Assembly (NCBI GenBank): GCA_046349255.1
Contig: JAXMCR010000002.1
Span: forward strand, 797,518-861,517
Direction: 5' to 3'
From: Hyphomicrobiales bacterium
GTDB lineage: Bacteria; Pseudomonadota; Alphaproteobacteria; Rhizobiales; Aestuariivirgaceae
Length of the DNA stretch: 64,000 bases
The notes below the pieces were generated by a model. It searched no databases. It had not been told where the DNA came from and worked only from the letters and a program-made list of their open reading frames with translations. Position numbers and translations under genes: made by a program. Position 1 is the stretch's first letter. The number at the start of each line of letters is the position of its first letter. Shown here piece after piece: positions 26,168 through 36,705 of this stretch.

Positions 26168-27079
26168 CTAGCGCTGGCAGCGCGGGCAATAGAACGTGGA
26201 CCGGCCGGATTGTACGATGCGGCGGATGACGCCGCTGCAACCGGGTGTCGGGCATGGCTCGCCCTCGCGATCGTAGACCCGGAACCGTTCCTGGAATGCG
26301 CCGGCCGCGCCGTCGACGGTCTGGTGGTCCCGAAGCGTCGAGCCCCCGACGACGATCGCTTCGGTCAGCACGTCGCGAATGGTGCGCGCCAATACCTCGA
26401 GCCGCTCTGTCGGCGCGCCCGCCTTCGTCACCAGCGTTCCGGCGAGCCGCTTCGGCGACAGCCGCGCCCGGTTGAGCGCCTCGCAGACGTAGATGTTGCC
26501 GAGCCCCGCCACGATACGCTGGTCGAGGAGGGCAGCCTTGAGCGGCGCCGTCTTGTTCCGGAACGCCGTCGCGAGATGGCTTGCGTCAAAAGTGTTGCCG
26601 AGCGGTTCCGGCCCCATGCCCCTGAGCAGCTTGTGGTCCTCGCGCGCGTCCGTCGCGACGAGGTCCATCGCGCCGAAGCGGCGCGGATCGGTGTAGATCA
26701 CCGCGGTTCCCTCGTCGGTCACGAACGTCACGTGGTCGTGCGCGCCGTCCGGCACGCCCGCCTCGTCGTCGGCCTCGCTGCCGGTCTCGTAGTAGAACTC
26801 GCCGAGGTTCTGCGCCCGGCCGCGCTTCGGCTTCACGGTGAAGCGCCCGCTCATGCCGAGGTGCATGAGCAGCGTCTCGCCGCTGTCGAGATCGGCCAGC
26901 AGGTACTTTGCCCGCCGCCCCACCGAAAGCACGCAGCGGCCCTCGATCCGCTCGCGGAACCGGGGCGGGAACGGCCAGCGCAGGTCGCCCCGCTTCAGCT
27001 TGACGGTGACGATGCGGCGGCCCTCGAGGACGGGCGCAAGCCCGCGCCGAACCGTTTCGACCTCTGGCAATTCCGGCAT
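26168..27079 (-). CDS. mutM: Formamidopyrimidine-DNA glycosylase
   Basis: 303-aa ORF starting [15 protein letters not shown]-terminal zinc finger [27 protein letters not shown]. Confidence 0.96.
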   Translation of the reverse strand: MPELPEVETVRRGLAPVLEGRRIVTVKLKRGDLRWPFPPRFRERIEGRCVLSVGRRAKYLLADLDSGETLLMHLGMSGRFTVKPKRGRAQNLGEFYYETGSEADDEAGVPDGAHDHVTFVTDEGTAVIYTDPRRFGAMDLVATDAREDHKLLRGMGPEPLGNTFDASHLATAFRNKTAPLKAALLDQRIVAGLGNIYVCEALNRARLSPKRLAGTLVTKAGAPTERLEVLARTIRDVLTEAIVVGGSTLRDHQTVDGAAGAFQERFRVYDREGEPCPTPGCSGVIRRIVQSGRSTFYCPRCQR

Positions 27080-27152
27080 GGGCCGGGTTTAGGGCCAAAC
27101 GCCGGCCGCTTACAATGGAAAAGCAAGGGGTTATCGTCTATGGTCCGCCGCC

Positions 27153-27932
27153 ATGACGAACCCCGACAGCAACGATCGCGCGGGCGAGACCGCCCCGTTC
27201 GGCTTCACGCAGGTGAAAGCCAGCGAAAAGCAGGGCCTGGTGAACGAGGTCTTCGCCAAGGTCGCCCACCGCTACGACCAGATGAACGACCTGATGTCGG
27301 CGGGCCTTCACCGGCTGTGGAAGGACGACTTCGTGGCGATGCTGAACCCGCCGAAGTCGCCCCGCCCCTTCCGCGTGCTCGACGTCGCGGGCGGCACCGG
27401 CGACATCGCTTTCCGCATCGCGCGCGCCGGCGGCAAGGGCACGGAGGTCACCGTCGCCGACATTTCCCCGGAAATGGTCGCCGAGGGCGCCCGGCGCGCC
27501 AAGACCGACCCGGCCGGCGCGAAATGCCGCTTCACCGTGGGCAACGCCGAGACGCTCGGCTTCGAGGCGCAGAGCTTCGACGCCTACACGATCGCGTTCG
27601 GCATCCGGAACGTGCCGGACATCCCGAAGGCGCTGCGCGAGGCCTACCGGGTGCTGAAGCCCGGCGGGCGCTTCCTCTGCCTCGAATTCTCCCACGTCGA
27701 CGTGCCGGGCCTCGCCGCGCTCTACGACGCCTATTCGTTCACGGCCATCCCGGCGATCGGCAAGGTGGTCACCGGGGATGGCCAGCCCTACCGCTACCTC
27801 GTCGAGAGCATCCGGACGTTCCCGGCCGCCCCCGTGTTCGCGGACATGATCGCGGCCGCCGGCTTCTCGCGCGTCACCTACCGGCTGCTCACCGGCGGGG
27901 TCGTTGCCATCCACTCCGGCTGGCGCACCTGA
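27153..27932 (+). CDS. ubiE: Ubiquinone/menaquinone biosynthesis C-methyltransferase UbiE
   Basis: 259-aa ORF. VF..VA.RYD.MNDLMS.G.HRLWK and the SAM-binding motif [11 protein letters not shown]. Confidence 0.94.
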   Translation: MTNPDSNDRAGETAPFGFTQVKASEKQGLVNEVFAKVAHRYDQMNDLMSAGLHRLWKDDFVAMLNPPKSPRPFRVLDVAGGTGDIAFRIARAGGKGTEVTVADISPEMVAEGARRAKTDPAGAKCRFTVGNAETLGFEAQSFDAYTIAFGIRNVPDIPKALREAYRVLKPGGRFLCLEFSHVDVPGLAALYDAYSFTAIPAIGKVVTGDGQPYRYLVESIRTFPAAPVFADMIAAAGFSRVTYRLLTGGVVAIHSGWRT

Positions 27933-27954
27933 GGCCCGAGGCAGGGCAGGCCCC

Positions 27955-29538
27955 ATGTTCGCAACCTTGCGCGACCTCTTCACGCTGGCCCATGCGGGCC
28001 GCGTCATCGCGCGCCATGACGGGTTCCTGACGCCGGAGCAGCTCGCCGAGCTGCCGGCGCCGGCCCGCCTTGCGCTGAAGGTCGGCAAGATCGGCACGCG
28101 CAAGCCGGCCTCGACCGAGGCGGCGCCGCTCGCAGCGGCGATGCGTGACCTCGGGCCGTCCTACATCAAGCTCGGGCAGTTCCTCGCCACGCGTGCCGAC
28201 CTCGTCGGCCCGGCGAACGCCGCCGACCTCTCGGGCCTCCAGGACAGGATGGCGCCGTTCGGCATGGAAGAGGCCAAGGCGGAAATCGCAGCGCAACTGG
28301 GCGCGCCTGTCGAGGAGCTGTTCATCGAATTCGGCCCGCCGGTCGCCGCCGCCTCGATCGCGCAGGTGCACCGCGCCAAGATCCGCGACGCGGACGGTGC
28401 GGTGCGCGACGTGGCGGTGAAAGTCCTCAGGCCCGGCATCGAGCAGCAGTTCGCGCGCGACCTCGCGACGTTCTACTCCGCGGCCCGGCTCATCGAGCGG
28501 CTGCATCCGCCGTCGCGGCGCCTGCGCTTCACCGACGCGGTCCAGACGCTCGACCGCTCGGTGACGCTCGAAATGGACTTGCGCATGGAAGCAGCCGCGA
28601 TGGCCGAGATGACGGCCAACACCGCGCGCGATCCGGGCTTCCGCGTGCCGTTCGTCGACTGGCAGCGCACCGCGCGCCGGGTGCTCACCACCGAATGGAT
28701 CGACGCGATCCCACTGTCGCAGGTCGAGCGCGTGCGCGAGGCGGGCATCGACTGCGAGGCGCTGGGCGACCTCGTGATCCAGTCGTTCCTGCGCCACGCC
28801 ATGCGCGACGGCTTCTTTCACGCCGACATGCACCCCGGCAACCTGTTCTGCGACCGGGACGGCAACCTCGTCGCCGTCGACTTCGGCATCATGGGGCGGC
28901 TGTCACCGAAGGAACGGCGGTTCCTCGCCGAGATCCTCTACGGCTTCATCACGCGCGACTACCTGCGCATCTCGCAGGTGCACTTCGAGGCGGGCTACGT
29001 GCCGGCCACCCAGGACCCCGCCGTGTTCGCGCAGGCGCTGCGCGCGATCGGCGAGCCGATCATGGACCGCACCGCCGAGGACATCTCGATGGCGCGGCTC
29101 CTGACGCAGCTGTTCCAGGTGACCGAGCAGTTCGACATGAAGACGCAGCCGCAGCTTCTCCTGCTCCAGAAGACGATGGTGGTGGTGGAAGGCGTGGCGC
29201 GCCAGCTCAACCCGCGGCTCAACATGTGGACGGCCTCCGAACCGGTGGTCCGCGCCTGGATGGAGGAGAAGCTCGGGCCGCAGGGGCGCATCACGGACGC
29301 GGCCGAAGGCGCCGTCACGCTCGGCCGCCTCGCGGCGCAGCTGCCGGAAGTGCTCTCGGAGGCGCAGCGCACGGCGCACATGATCGCCTCGATGGCGGAA
29401 GGCGGCGGCCTGCGTCTCGACCGGGAAACGACCGAGGCGATCGCCGAGGCGCAGGCGCGGCATTCGTTCTGGAGCCGGGCCGCGCTGTGGGTCGGGGCGC
29501 TCGCCCTCGTCGCGCTCGCCCTCGCGCGGATCCTCTAG
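27955..29538 (+). CDS. ubiB: UbiB (ABC1/ADCK-type kinase-like, ubiquinone biosynthesis)
   Basis: ATG at 27955 in ORF 27904..29538. [39 protein letters not shown] and DFGIMG. C-terminal TM helices. Confidence 0.93.
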   Translation: MFATLRDLFTLAHAGRVIARHDGFLTPEQLAELPAPARLALKVGKIGTRKPASTEAAPLAAAMRDLGPSYIKLGQFLATRADLVGPANAADLSGLQDRMAPFGMEEAKAEIAAQLGAPVEELFIEFGPPVAAASIAQVHRAKIRDADGAVRDVAVKVLRPGIEQQFARDLATFYSAARLIERLHPPSRRLRFTDAVQTLDRSVTLEMDLRMEAAAMAEMTANTARDPGFRVPFVDWQRTARRVLTTEWIDAIPLSQVERVREAGIDCEALGDLVIQSFLRHAMRDGFFHADMHPGNLFCDRDGNLVAVDFGIMGRLSPKERRFLAEILYGFITRDYLRISQVHFEAGYVPATQDPAVFAQALRAIGEPIMDRTAEDISMARLLTQLFQVTEQFDMKTQPQLLLLQKTMVVVEGVARQLNPRLNMWTASEPVVRAWMEEKLGPQGRITDAAEGAVTLGRLAAQLPEVLSEAQRTAHMIASMAEGGGLRLDRETTEAIAEAQARHSFWSRAALWVGALALVALALARIL

Positions 29539-29555
29539 GAGAGGCATAATCGGGC

Positions 29556-30758
29556 ATGGCGAGCGGCAAGCGCATACTCCTGATCGTCGGCGGCGGCATC
29601 GCCGCCTACAAGGCGCTCGAACTCGTGCGGCGCCTGCGCGAGGATGGGATCGAGCTGCGTTCGATCCTTACCGCCGCGGGCGCGCGCTTCGTGACGCCGC
29701 TGTCGCTCGCCTCGCTCACGGGGGCGAAGGTCTACGACGATCTCTTCAGCCTCACCGACGAGGTCGAGATGGGGCACATCGAGCTCTCGCGCTGGGCCGA
29801 TCTGCTGCTCGTCGTGCCGGCGACGGCCGACCTGATGGCGAAGATGGCGACGGGCCTTGCGAACGACCTGGCATCGACCGCGCTGCTTGCGACCGACAAG
29901 CCGGTGATGATCGCGCCCGCGATGAACGTGCGCATGTGGGACCACCCGGCGACGAAGCGCAACGCCCTGACGCTGAAACGCGACGGCGTGCTGTTCGTCG
30001 GTCCCGTCGAAGGGCCGATGGCGTGCGGCGAATTCGGCTTCGGCCGCATGAGCGAGCCGGCCGACATTCTGGCCGCGGTGCGAGCGCACTTCGCCGGCGG
30101 CGGCAGACCGCTCGCCGGCAAGCGCGTGCTCGTCACGGCGGGGCCGACCCACGAACCGATCGATCCGGTGCGCTACATCGCGAACCGATCGTCGGGCAAG
30201 CAGGGTTTTGCGATCGCCGAAGCCTTTGCGAAGGCAGGCGCCGAGACGACGCTCGTCTCCGGTCCCGTGTCGATTCCCGCGCCGCAGGGCGTGAAGTTCG
30301 TCCAGGTCGAGACGGCGCAGCAGATGCTCAAGGCGACGCAGCAGGCGCTTCCTGCCGACATCGCTGTGTTCACCGCCGCCGTCGCCGACTGGCGGGTCGA
30401 CAACTGCGCGGGCCAGAAGCTCAAGAAGGACGGGACCGGCAATCCGCCGCCGCTCAAGCTTGCGCAGAACCCCGACATCCTCGCGACCGTGGCGGCGCTG
30501 AAGAAGAACCGCCCGCGCCTCGTCGTGGGCTTTGCCGCGGAGACCGAGAACGTCGTCGGCAACGCGCAGAAGAAGCTCAAGGCGAAGGGCTGCGACCTCG
30601 TCGTGGCCAACGATGTCAGCGCCCCGAGCGGCGTGATGGGCGGCGAGCGCAACACCGTGCACCTCGTCACCGGCGACGGCGTCGAGGACTGGCCCGACCT
30701 CGACAAGCACGAGGTCGCGCGCCGCCTCGTCGATACCCTCGCGAAGCGGCTTGCATGA
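29556..30758 (+). CDS. coaBC: Bifunctional phosphopantothenoylcysteine decarboxylase / phosphopantothenate-cysteine ligase
   Basis: 400-aa ORF. GGIAAYK, PAMN..MW, and ITNRSSGK-like [10 protein letters not shown]. Confidence 0.95.
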   Translation: MASGKRILLIVGGGIAAYKALELVRRLREDGIELRSILTAAGARFVTPLSLASLTGAKVYDDLFSLTDEVEMGHIELSRWADLLLVVPATADLMAKMATGLANDLASTALLATDKPVMIAPAMNVRMWDHPATKRNALTLKRDGVLFVGPVEGPMACGEFGFGRMSEPADILAAVRAHFAGGGRPLAGKRVLVTAGPTHEPIDPVRYIANRSSGKQGFAIAEAFAKAGAETTLVSGPVSIPAPQGVKFVQVETAQQMLKATQQALPADIAVFTAAVADWRVDNCAGQKLKKDGTGNPPPLKLAQNPDILATVAALKKNRPRLVVGFAAETENVVGNAQKKLKAKGCDLVVANDVSAPSGVMGGERNTVHLVTGDGVEDWPDLDKHEVARRLVDTLAKRLA

Positions 30759-31213
30759 GCGCCGTCGAGGTGAAGGTAAAGCGGCTGCCGCACGCCGAGG
30801 GGATTGCGCTTCCCGATTATGCGACCGAAGGGGCCGCCGGGCTCGACCTGCGCGCTGCGGTGCCCGGCGATACGCCGGTGACATTGCCGCCGAAGGGTCG
30901 CGCGCTGATCCCCACGGGGCTCGCGCTTGCCCTGCCGCGCGGCTATGAGGGGCAGGTGCGGCCCCGGTCGGGGCTCGCGCTGAAGCATGGCGTGACCTGC
31001 CTCAACACGCCCGGCACGATCGACAGCGATTACCGCGGCGAGGTCGGCGTGATCCTCATCAACCACGGCACGAAGCCGTTCGTGATCCGGCGCGGCGAGC
31101 GCATCGCGCAGCTCGTCGTGGCGCCGGTCATCCGAGCGATGCTCACCGAGGTCGACGATCTCGACGGCACGGCACGAGGACGGGGCGGTTTCGGATCCTC
31201 CGGAGTGGCGTGA
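30755..31213 (+). CDS. dut: dUTP diphosphatase
   Basis: ATG 30755 overlaps the coaBC stop (ATGA). It is the last 152 aa of ORF 29936..31213. [20 protein letters not shown] and [10 protein letters not shown]. Confidence 0.95.
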   Translation: MSAVEVKVKRLPHAEGIALPDYATEGAAGLDLRAAVPGDTPVTLPPKGRALIPTGLALALPRGYEGQVRPRSGLALKHGVTCLNTPGTIDSDYRGEVGVILINHGTKPFVIRRGERIAQLVVAPVIRAMLTEVDDLDGTARGRGGFGSSGVA

Positions 31214-32016
31214 TGGCGCTGACGGACGAGGAAATCGAGCGCTACGCGCGCCACCTGGTGCTTCCCGAAGTCGGCGGCCCGGGACAGGCGAAGCTGAAAG
31301 TGGCGCGCGTGCTGGTGATCGGGGCCGGCGGCCTCGGCGCGCCGGTCCTCATGTACCTCGCCGCCGCCGGCGTCGGCACGCTCGGCATCGTCGACGACGA
31401 CGTCGTGTCGCTGTCGAACCTGCAGCGCCAGATCATCCACGATACGGAGAAGGTCGGCCGGCCGAAGACCGACAGCGCGGCCGAGGCGATCCGGCGCATC
31501 AATCCGAATGTCAGCGTCGAGCGGCACGCCACGCGCATCACCGCGGCGAACGCGCTCGACCTGATCGGCCGCTACGACCTCGTCGCCGACGGCTCGGACA
31601 ACTTCGCCACGCGCTTCCTCCTGGGCGACGCCTGCTTCCTGGCGAAGCGCCCGCTGGTGTCGGCCGCAGTCGGCCGGTTCGACGGGCAGATCTCGACATT
31701 CAAGCCGCACGAGACGCGCGAGGACGGCACGCCCTATCCGACCTACCGCTGCCTCCACCCGGAACCGCCGCCGCCGGGCCTCATCCCGGCCTGCGCGGAG
31801 GCCGGGATTCTCGGCGCGCTCACCGGCGTCATCGGCTCCATGCAGGCGCTCGAGGTGATCAAGGAGATCGCCGGCATCGGCGACACGCTCGCGGGGCGGC
31901 TCCTGATGTACGACGGGCTCTCGGCGCGAACCCTCATTACCCGCATCGCGTGGTGGCCGGACAACCCGCTGAACGGCCGCAACCCCACGATCAAAGACCT
32001 GTCGCAGCATTCGTGA
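31210..32016 (+). CDS. ThiF/MoeB/HesA-family adenylyltransferase (molybdopterin-synthase adenylyltransferase-like)
   Basis: 268-aa ORF. RY.RHL.L.EVG..GQ.KL, the nucleotide-binding motif [10 protein letters not shown], and LSNLQRQ. Start is GTG 31210 or ATG 31213, overlapping the dut stop. Confidence 0.88.
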   Translation: MMALTDEEIERYARHLVLPEVGGPGQAKLKVARVLVIGAGGLGAPVLMYLAAAGVGTLGIVDDDVVSLSNLQRQIIHDTEKVGRPKTDSAAEAIRRINPNVSVERHATRITAANALDLIGRYDLVADGSDNFATRFLLGDACFLAKRPLVSAAVGRFDGQISTFKPHETREDGTPYPTYRCLHPEPPPPGLIPACAEAGILGALTGVIGSMQALEVIKEIAGIGDTLAGRLLMYDGLSARTLITRIAWWPDNPLNGRNPTIKDLSQHS

Positions 32017-33170
32017 CCGACCGCCTTCCCAACGCGAGCCTCGCCTTCCTGATGGCGGGCATCGCCGTCGTCGGCATCGCCTCGCTGATGCTGTCGCCGA
32101 TGCTGACCGACGTGATGGCCGACCTGCGCGTCGGGCCTGAACGCATCGGGCTCGCGGTCGGCGCATACGGGGCGGGCGTCGCGCTGTCGGCCTTCCTGTC
32201 CGCCCCGCGGCTCGACCGCTGGCCGCGGCGCACGGCGCTGCAGATCGCGTTCGTGGTCTTTGCCGCGGGCCTGTTCCTCGCCGCTGCGGCCTTCGACTGG
32301 CGCGTCCTGCTCGCGGGCCAGTTCATCGCGGGCGCGGCCTGCGGCGTGATCATCCCGGGATCCTACGCGGCGGCGTCCGACATCTCGCCCGCCGCGATGC
32401 GCACGCAGGCGCTCGGCCGCGTCGTGCTCGGCTGGTCGATCGCGCTGGTGATGGGTGTGCCGCTCGCCTCCGTTCTCTCCGACACCGTCGGTTGGCGCGG
32501 CGCGTTCCTGCTGGTCGCGGTGCTGTCGAGCGCGCAGGCGTTCGTCCTCAGGTTCCTCCCGCCCTCGCCGCGCACGAGCGCGCAGCCGACGGCGCCCTAC
32601 GCGGCAGCACTCGCGGTGCCGGGAATGAAGCCGCTGCTCTGCGGCACGCTCGCCTTCATGTTCGCGTTCTACGGCGCCTATGCCTTCTTCGGCGACCATC
32701 TGCGCACCGTGCACGCCGCAGGCGCGTGGCTCGTCGGCATCGCCGCGATGAGCTACGGCCTCGGCTACGGCCTCACTGCGCTCGCCGACAGCTTCATCGA
32801 CAAGGCCGACCCGCGCCGCGTGCTGCCGCCGGCGATGGCGTTCGTGTGCCTCGAATATCTCGTGCTGCCGTTCATGACGCAGTGGGTGGCGGTGGCGATC
32901 GGCTTTGCCTTCGTGTGGGGCGTCATCAACCACTTCGCGATGACGAGCCTCGTCTCCTCGATCTCGCGTGCCCCTGCCGGCGCGCGCGGCACGGCGCTCG
33001 GCCTCTTCTCGACGGTGACCTACGTGGCGCACGGGCTGTCGGGCCCGGTGATGGGCTGGCTCTACGCGCGCCACGGGTTTCACGCCGTGTCGTGGACAGC
33101 CTCCGCCGGCGCCGGCCTCATGGCGGTCGTCCTCGCGCTCACGGTGCTGCCGCTGGCACGGCGGGGGTAG
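32013..33170 (+). CDS. MFS transporter
   Basis: Frame of ORF 31950..33170. GTG 32013 overlaps the preceding stop codon (GTGA). About 12 hydrophobic segments by eye. Substrate unknown. Confidence 0.75.
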   Translation: MTDRLPNASLAFLMAGIAVVGIASLMLSPMLTDVMADLRVGPERIGLAVGAYGAGVALSAFLSAPRLDRWPRRTALQIAFVVFAAGLFLAAAAFDWRVLLAGQFIAGAACGVIIPGSYAAASDISPAAMRTQALGRVVLGWSIALVMGVPLASVLSDTVGWRGAFLLVAVLSSAQAFVLRFLPPSPRTSAQPTAPYAAALAVPGMKPLLCGTLAFMFAFYGAYAFFGDHLRTVHAAGAWLVGIAAMSYGLGYGLTALADSFIDKADPRRVLPPAMAFVCLEYLVLPFMTQWVAVAIGFAFVWGVINHFAMTSLVSSISRAPAGARGTALGLFSTVTYVAHGLSGPVMGWLYARHGFHAVSWTASAGAGLMAVVLALTVLPLARRG

Positions 33171-33173
33171 GCG

Positions 33174-33956
33174 TCAGCGCCCCTTCCACACCGGCGCGCG
33201 CTTTTCGGCGAAGGCCTTTGCGCCTTCGAGCTGGTCTTCGCTGGCGTAGAGGACGTCGACGGATTTCAGCTTCCGCTTGGTCACGAGGTCGAAGGCCTCC
33301 TGCACGGGGAGGTGCATCGTCTCCCGCAGCGTCTCCTTGATCGCCGCGTAGACCAGCGGCGGGCCGGAGGCGAGGAGATCCGCGAGCGCGCGCGCCTTGG
33401 GCATCAGCTCGGCCGCCGGCACCACCTCCTTCACGATGCCCCAGCGCGCCGCCTCGTGCGCGTCCATCACGCGCCCGGTGAACAGGAGGTCCATCGCCAC
33501 GTGGAACGGGATGCGGCGCGGCAGCTTGATCGTCGCCGCGTCCGCCAGCGTGCCGGACCGGATCTCGGGCAGCGCAAAGGTCGCGGTGTCGGCGGCGAGG
33601 ATGATGTCTGCCGAGAGCGCCACCTCGAACCCGCCGCCGAAGGCGATGCCGTTCACCGCCGCGATCACCGGCTTGCCGAGGCCCGGAAGTTCCTGGAGGC
33701 CGCCGAACCCGCCGACGCCGTAGTCGCTGTCGGGCGCTTCGCCCGCCGCGGCGGCCTTGAGGTCCCAGCCGGGGCAGAAGAATTTTTCGCCCGCGCCCGT
33801 GAGAATCGCGCAGCGCAGCTCCGGATCGTCGCGGAAGCCCGCGAACACCTCGCCCATGATGCGGCTCGTCGGCGCGTCGATGGCGTTCGCCTTCGGCCGG
33901 TCGATCGTGACCTCGAGCACGGCGCCGCGGCGTTCGATGCGGATGGGTTTGCTCAT
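33174..33956 (-). CDS. caiD: Carnitinyl-CoA dehydratase / crotonobetainyl-CoA hydratase (CaiD-like crotonase)
   Basis: 260-aa ORF. From memory it resembles E. coli CaiD end to end: LEVTIDRPKANAID, LTGAGEKFFCPGWDLKAAAAGEAPD, AAVNGIAFGGGFE, AFAEKRAPVWKGR. Confidence 0.85.
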   Translation of the reverse strand: MSKPIRIERRGAVLEVTIDRPKANAIDAPTSRIMGEVFAGFRDDPELRCAILTGAGEKFFCPGWDLKAAAAGEAPDSDYGVGGFGGLQELPGLGKPVIAAVNGIAFGGGFEVALSADIILAADTATFALPEIRSGTLADAATIKLPRRIPFHVAMDLLFTGRVMDAHEAARWGIVKEVVPAAELMPKARALADLLASGPPLVYAAIKETLRETMHLPVQEAFDLVTKRKLKSVDVLYASEDQLEGAKAFAEKRAPVWKGR

Positions 33957-33966
33957 CTTCTCGTCC

Positions 33967-36021
33967 TCAGTCGATGGAACGCATACGGATCAAGGCGTCG
34001 ACGGCGACGGCGCCCTGGCCGGGCGGCAGCACCATCAGCGGGTTCACGTCCAGTTCCTCGAGCACGCTCGCGTGCGCCTGCGCGAACCGCGCCACCGCCT
34101 CGATTGCGGCGATCACCGCGGCGCGGTCGCCGGACTTGCCGCGGAAGCCGTCGATCAGCTTCGCCACCGCGAGGCCATCGAGCGCCCGGGAGATTTCCGC
34201 CCGCGACGTCGGCAGGATCAGCGTTGCGGCATCCTTCAGGAGCTCGGTGAGCACGCCGCCCGCGCCGATCACCAGCGCGAGGCCGAACTGCGGATCGGCC
34301 TTCACGCCGATGATCAGTTCGCACACGGAACCCTTCACCATGCGCTCGACCAGCACTTCGTCGGCGAGCGTCGCCATGCGGGTTGCGGCCGCACGCACTT
34401 CGTCTTCCGACTTGAGGTCGAGCGCGACCCCGCCGGCTTCCGTCTTGTGGAGGAGCGTTGCGCTCGACGCCTTCACCGTGACCGGGAACCCGATCCGGCG
34501 CGCCGCCGCCGCGGCATCGCCCGGCGCGCAGACGACGCCTTCGGGCATCGACAAGCCTGCCGCCGCGAGCAGCGCCTTCGCCTGATGTTCCGTCAGCGGA
34601 CGAATGTTGCGTCCCTGCGGCTTCGGCCGCTCGAGCGGCGGCGGGGTATCCGTTCGCGCCCATACGCGGCCGATGAAGGCCGCCGCTTCGAACGCGGTGA
34701 GCGCGTCGTCGAGGCCAGCCATCGGGGCGACGCCGTGGTCGGAGAGTTTCGAGGACACGTAATCCGGCAGGCACTCGGGAAGCGTCGCAACGACTGCCGT
34801 GCGTGCGCCCGTCGCCACCGCCGCGTCGGCGATGGCGTCGACGGTCACGAGCCACGTGTCGGGCTTCATCTCGGGCGCGGTCGGGATGTCGAGGATCAGC
34901 ATCGACACGTCGAACCCGCCCGACAGCACAGCCGAGAACGTCGCCGTGAGCTTCTCGCGCTGATTCCAGATGAACGTGTGGTAGTCGAGTGGATTGTCGA
35001 TCGAGACGTACTCGTTGAGCGTCGCGGAGACCGCCGCCTTCGTCTCCGCATCGAACGGCGGGAACGTCACCGTGCGCCCGACCGCCATGTCGGCGACGAG
35101 GGCTGCCTCGCCGCCCGAACAGCTCATCGACACGACCGTGTTGCCCGAGATCGGCCCGCCGTGATGCAGGAACTTCAGCGTCTCGACGAACGCCGTCACC
35201 GAGGTCATGCGCGCGACGCCGTAGCGGTCGAACAGCGCGTCATAGAGCGAATCCGCGCCGGCGAGCGAGCTCGTGTGGCTCATCGCCACCTTCGCGCCCT
35301 GCTCCGAGCGGCCGGTCTTCAGTGCCACGATGGGCTTCCGGTGATCGCGCGCGACCTGCGCGGCGGCCGCGAACGCGACGGGATCGCGCAAGCCCTCGAT
35401 GTGCAGGCCGATGGCGGTGATGCGCTCGTCGGTCGCGAACGCCTCGAGCATCTGCGCGATGTCGACGTCGGCCTGGTTGCCGAGCGCGAATACGCCCGCG
35501 ACCGGCAGCCCGCGCCGCGTCATCGAGAAGTTCACGGCCATGTTGCCGGACTGCGTGATGATCGCGACGCCGGTTTCGCGGTGATGCCCGCCGAATTCGT
35601 CCGGCCACGGACTGACGCGGCCGATGTAGTTCACGTAGCCGTAGCAGTTCGGCCCCATCACCGGCATGTCGCCGGCAGCCTCGAGGAGCGCCTCCTGCAG
35701 GCGCTTGCCCTCGTCGCCGACTTCGGCGAAGCCCGAGGCGTAGACGACGGCGCCGCCGCAGCCGCGCAGCGCGAGCTCGCGCACGATCTCGACCGTCGGC
35801 TCGCGCCGGATCGACAGGAACGCGCAGTCCGGCGCTTCGGGAAGGTCCGCCACCGTCTTGTGGCAGGGCACGCCCGCGAGCTGGTCGCGCTTCGGATTGA
35901 CGGCGTAGATCGCGCCGGGAAACGCAAGGTCCTTCGTCTTGCGCAGCGCCACCTCCGCCTCGCCGCCGCCGATGAACGCGATCGACTTCGGCCACAACAA
36001 CCGCGACAACCGCGCACTCAT
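33967..36021 (-). CDS. ADP-forming (NDP-forming) acyl-CoA synthetase, fused alpha/beta type
   Basis: 684-aa ORF. N-terminal CoA-binding region (PKSIAFIGG...AVNPK), succinyl-CoA-synthetase-like flavodoxin region (SQSGN), and C-terminal ATP-grasp part. Confidence 0.85.
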   Translation of the reverse strand: MSARLSRLLWPKSIAFIGGGEAEVALRKTKDLAFPGAIYAVNPKRDQLAGVPCHKTVADLPEAPDCAFLSIRREPTVEIVRELALRGCGGAVVYASGFAEVGDEGKRLQEALLEAAGDMPVMGPNCYGYVNYIGRVSPWPDEFGGHHRETGVAIITQSGNMAVNFSMTRRGLPVAGVFALGNQADVDIAQMLEAFATDERITAIGLHIEGLRDPVAFAAAAQVARDHRKPIVALKTGRSEQGAKVAMSHTSSLAGADSLYDALFDRYGVARMTSVTAFVETLKFLHHGGPISGNTVVSMSCSGGEAALVADMAVGRTVTFPPFDAETKAAVSATLNEYVSIDNPLDYHTFIWNQREKLTATFSAVLSGGFDVSMLILDIPTAPEMKPDTWLVTVDAIADAAVATGARTAVVATLPECLPDYVSSKLSDHGVAPMAGLDDALTAFEAAAFIGRVWARTDTPPPLERPKPQGRNIRPLTEHQAKALLAAAGLSMPEGVVCAPGDAAAAARRIGFPVTVKASSATLLHKTEAGGVALDLKSEDEVRAAATRMATLADEVLVERMVKGSVCELIIGVKADPQFGLALVIGAGGVLTELLKDAATLILPTSRAEISRALDGLAVAKLIDGFRGKSGDRAAVIAAIEAVARFAQAHASVLEELDVNPLMVLPPGQGAVAVDALIRMRSID

Positions 36022-36057
36022 GCAAGGGCTCCCGAGGTCGTCGCGTTTGCCGCCGTT

Positions 36058-36404
36058 GCATGGATCCTCGGGTCAAGCCCGAGGATGACACATATTTTCC
36101 TGAGGAGTGACACTGGACCGTCGATAATGCCTTTGCTTGTCATCCTCGGGCTTGACCCGGGGATCCAGCCGGCAGCGGACGACGCGCGCGGGGCAAGCGC
36201 ATCCCGCAACCCTTTTGTCATCCTCGGGCTTGACCCGAGGATCCAGCCGGCAGCGGACGACGCCCGCGGGGCAAGCGCATCCAGCAACTTTTTTGTCATC
36301 CTCGGGTTTGACCCGAGGATCCAGCCGGTAGCGGACGACGCGCGCGGGGCAAGCGCATCCAGCAACCCTTTTGTCATCCTCGGGCTTGACCCGAGGATCC
36401 ATGG
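36058..36404. repeat. REP-like cluster: one reverse hairpin, then a 78-bp unit (hairpin plus 50-nt linker) repeated about 3.4 times in tandem
   Basis: Reverse copy GCATGGATCCTCGGGTCAAGCCCGAGGATGAC at 36058-36089. Forward units start at 36139, 36217, 36295 and 36373 (exact 78-bp period), each beginning GTCATCCTCGGGCTTGACCCGAGGATCC. Units differ by only a few bases. Confidence 0.92.
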
Positions 36405-36414
36405 CCGGGGTGCA

Positions 36415-36705
36415 CTAGCGGTTGAGCGTTTCATAGAGGTCTTCCCAATCCGGATTCATCTTCTCGATCAAGTCGATCTTCCATTGCCGCATCCAGCTCT
36501 TCAGGGCCTTCTCCCGCCGGATGGCCTCGCGAACGTCTTCGTGCGCCTCATACCAGACCAGGCGCGACACGCCGTACCGCTTGGTGAAGCCGGCGACCAG
36601 CCCCTCGCGATGCTCGTGCATGCGCCGCGCGAGTTCATTCGTCATCCCGACGTACAGCGTCCCGTTTCTCCCGCTCGATACGATGTACACGGAATACGCC
36701 ATCAC
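36415..36705 (-). CDS. Stand-alone GIY-YIG nuclease-domain protein
   Basis: 96-aa ORF. VYIVSSGRNGTLYVGMTNELARRMHEH...EAI.REKALK matches the GIY...YIG...R...E pattern of the URI/GIY-YIG fold. Confidence 0.85.
   Translation of the reverse strand: MMAYSVYIVSSGRNGTLYVGMTNELARRMHEHREGLVAGFTKRYGVSRLVWYEAHEDVREAIRREKALKSWMRQWKIDLIEKMNPDWEDLYETLNR

Noticed and set aside
36139-36404. Possible CRISPR array: 28-nt palindromic repeat with a regular 78-bp period.
   Set aside because: The 50-nt 'spacers' are nearly identical to each other, so this is a plain tandem duplication. There are no cas genes in the window, and the same hairpin occurs in non-array contexts elsewhere.
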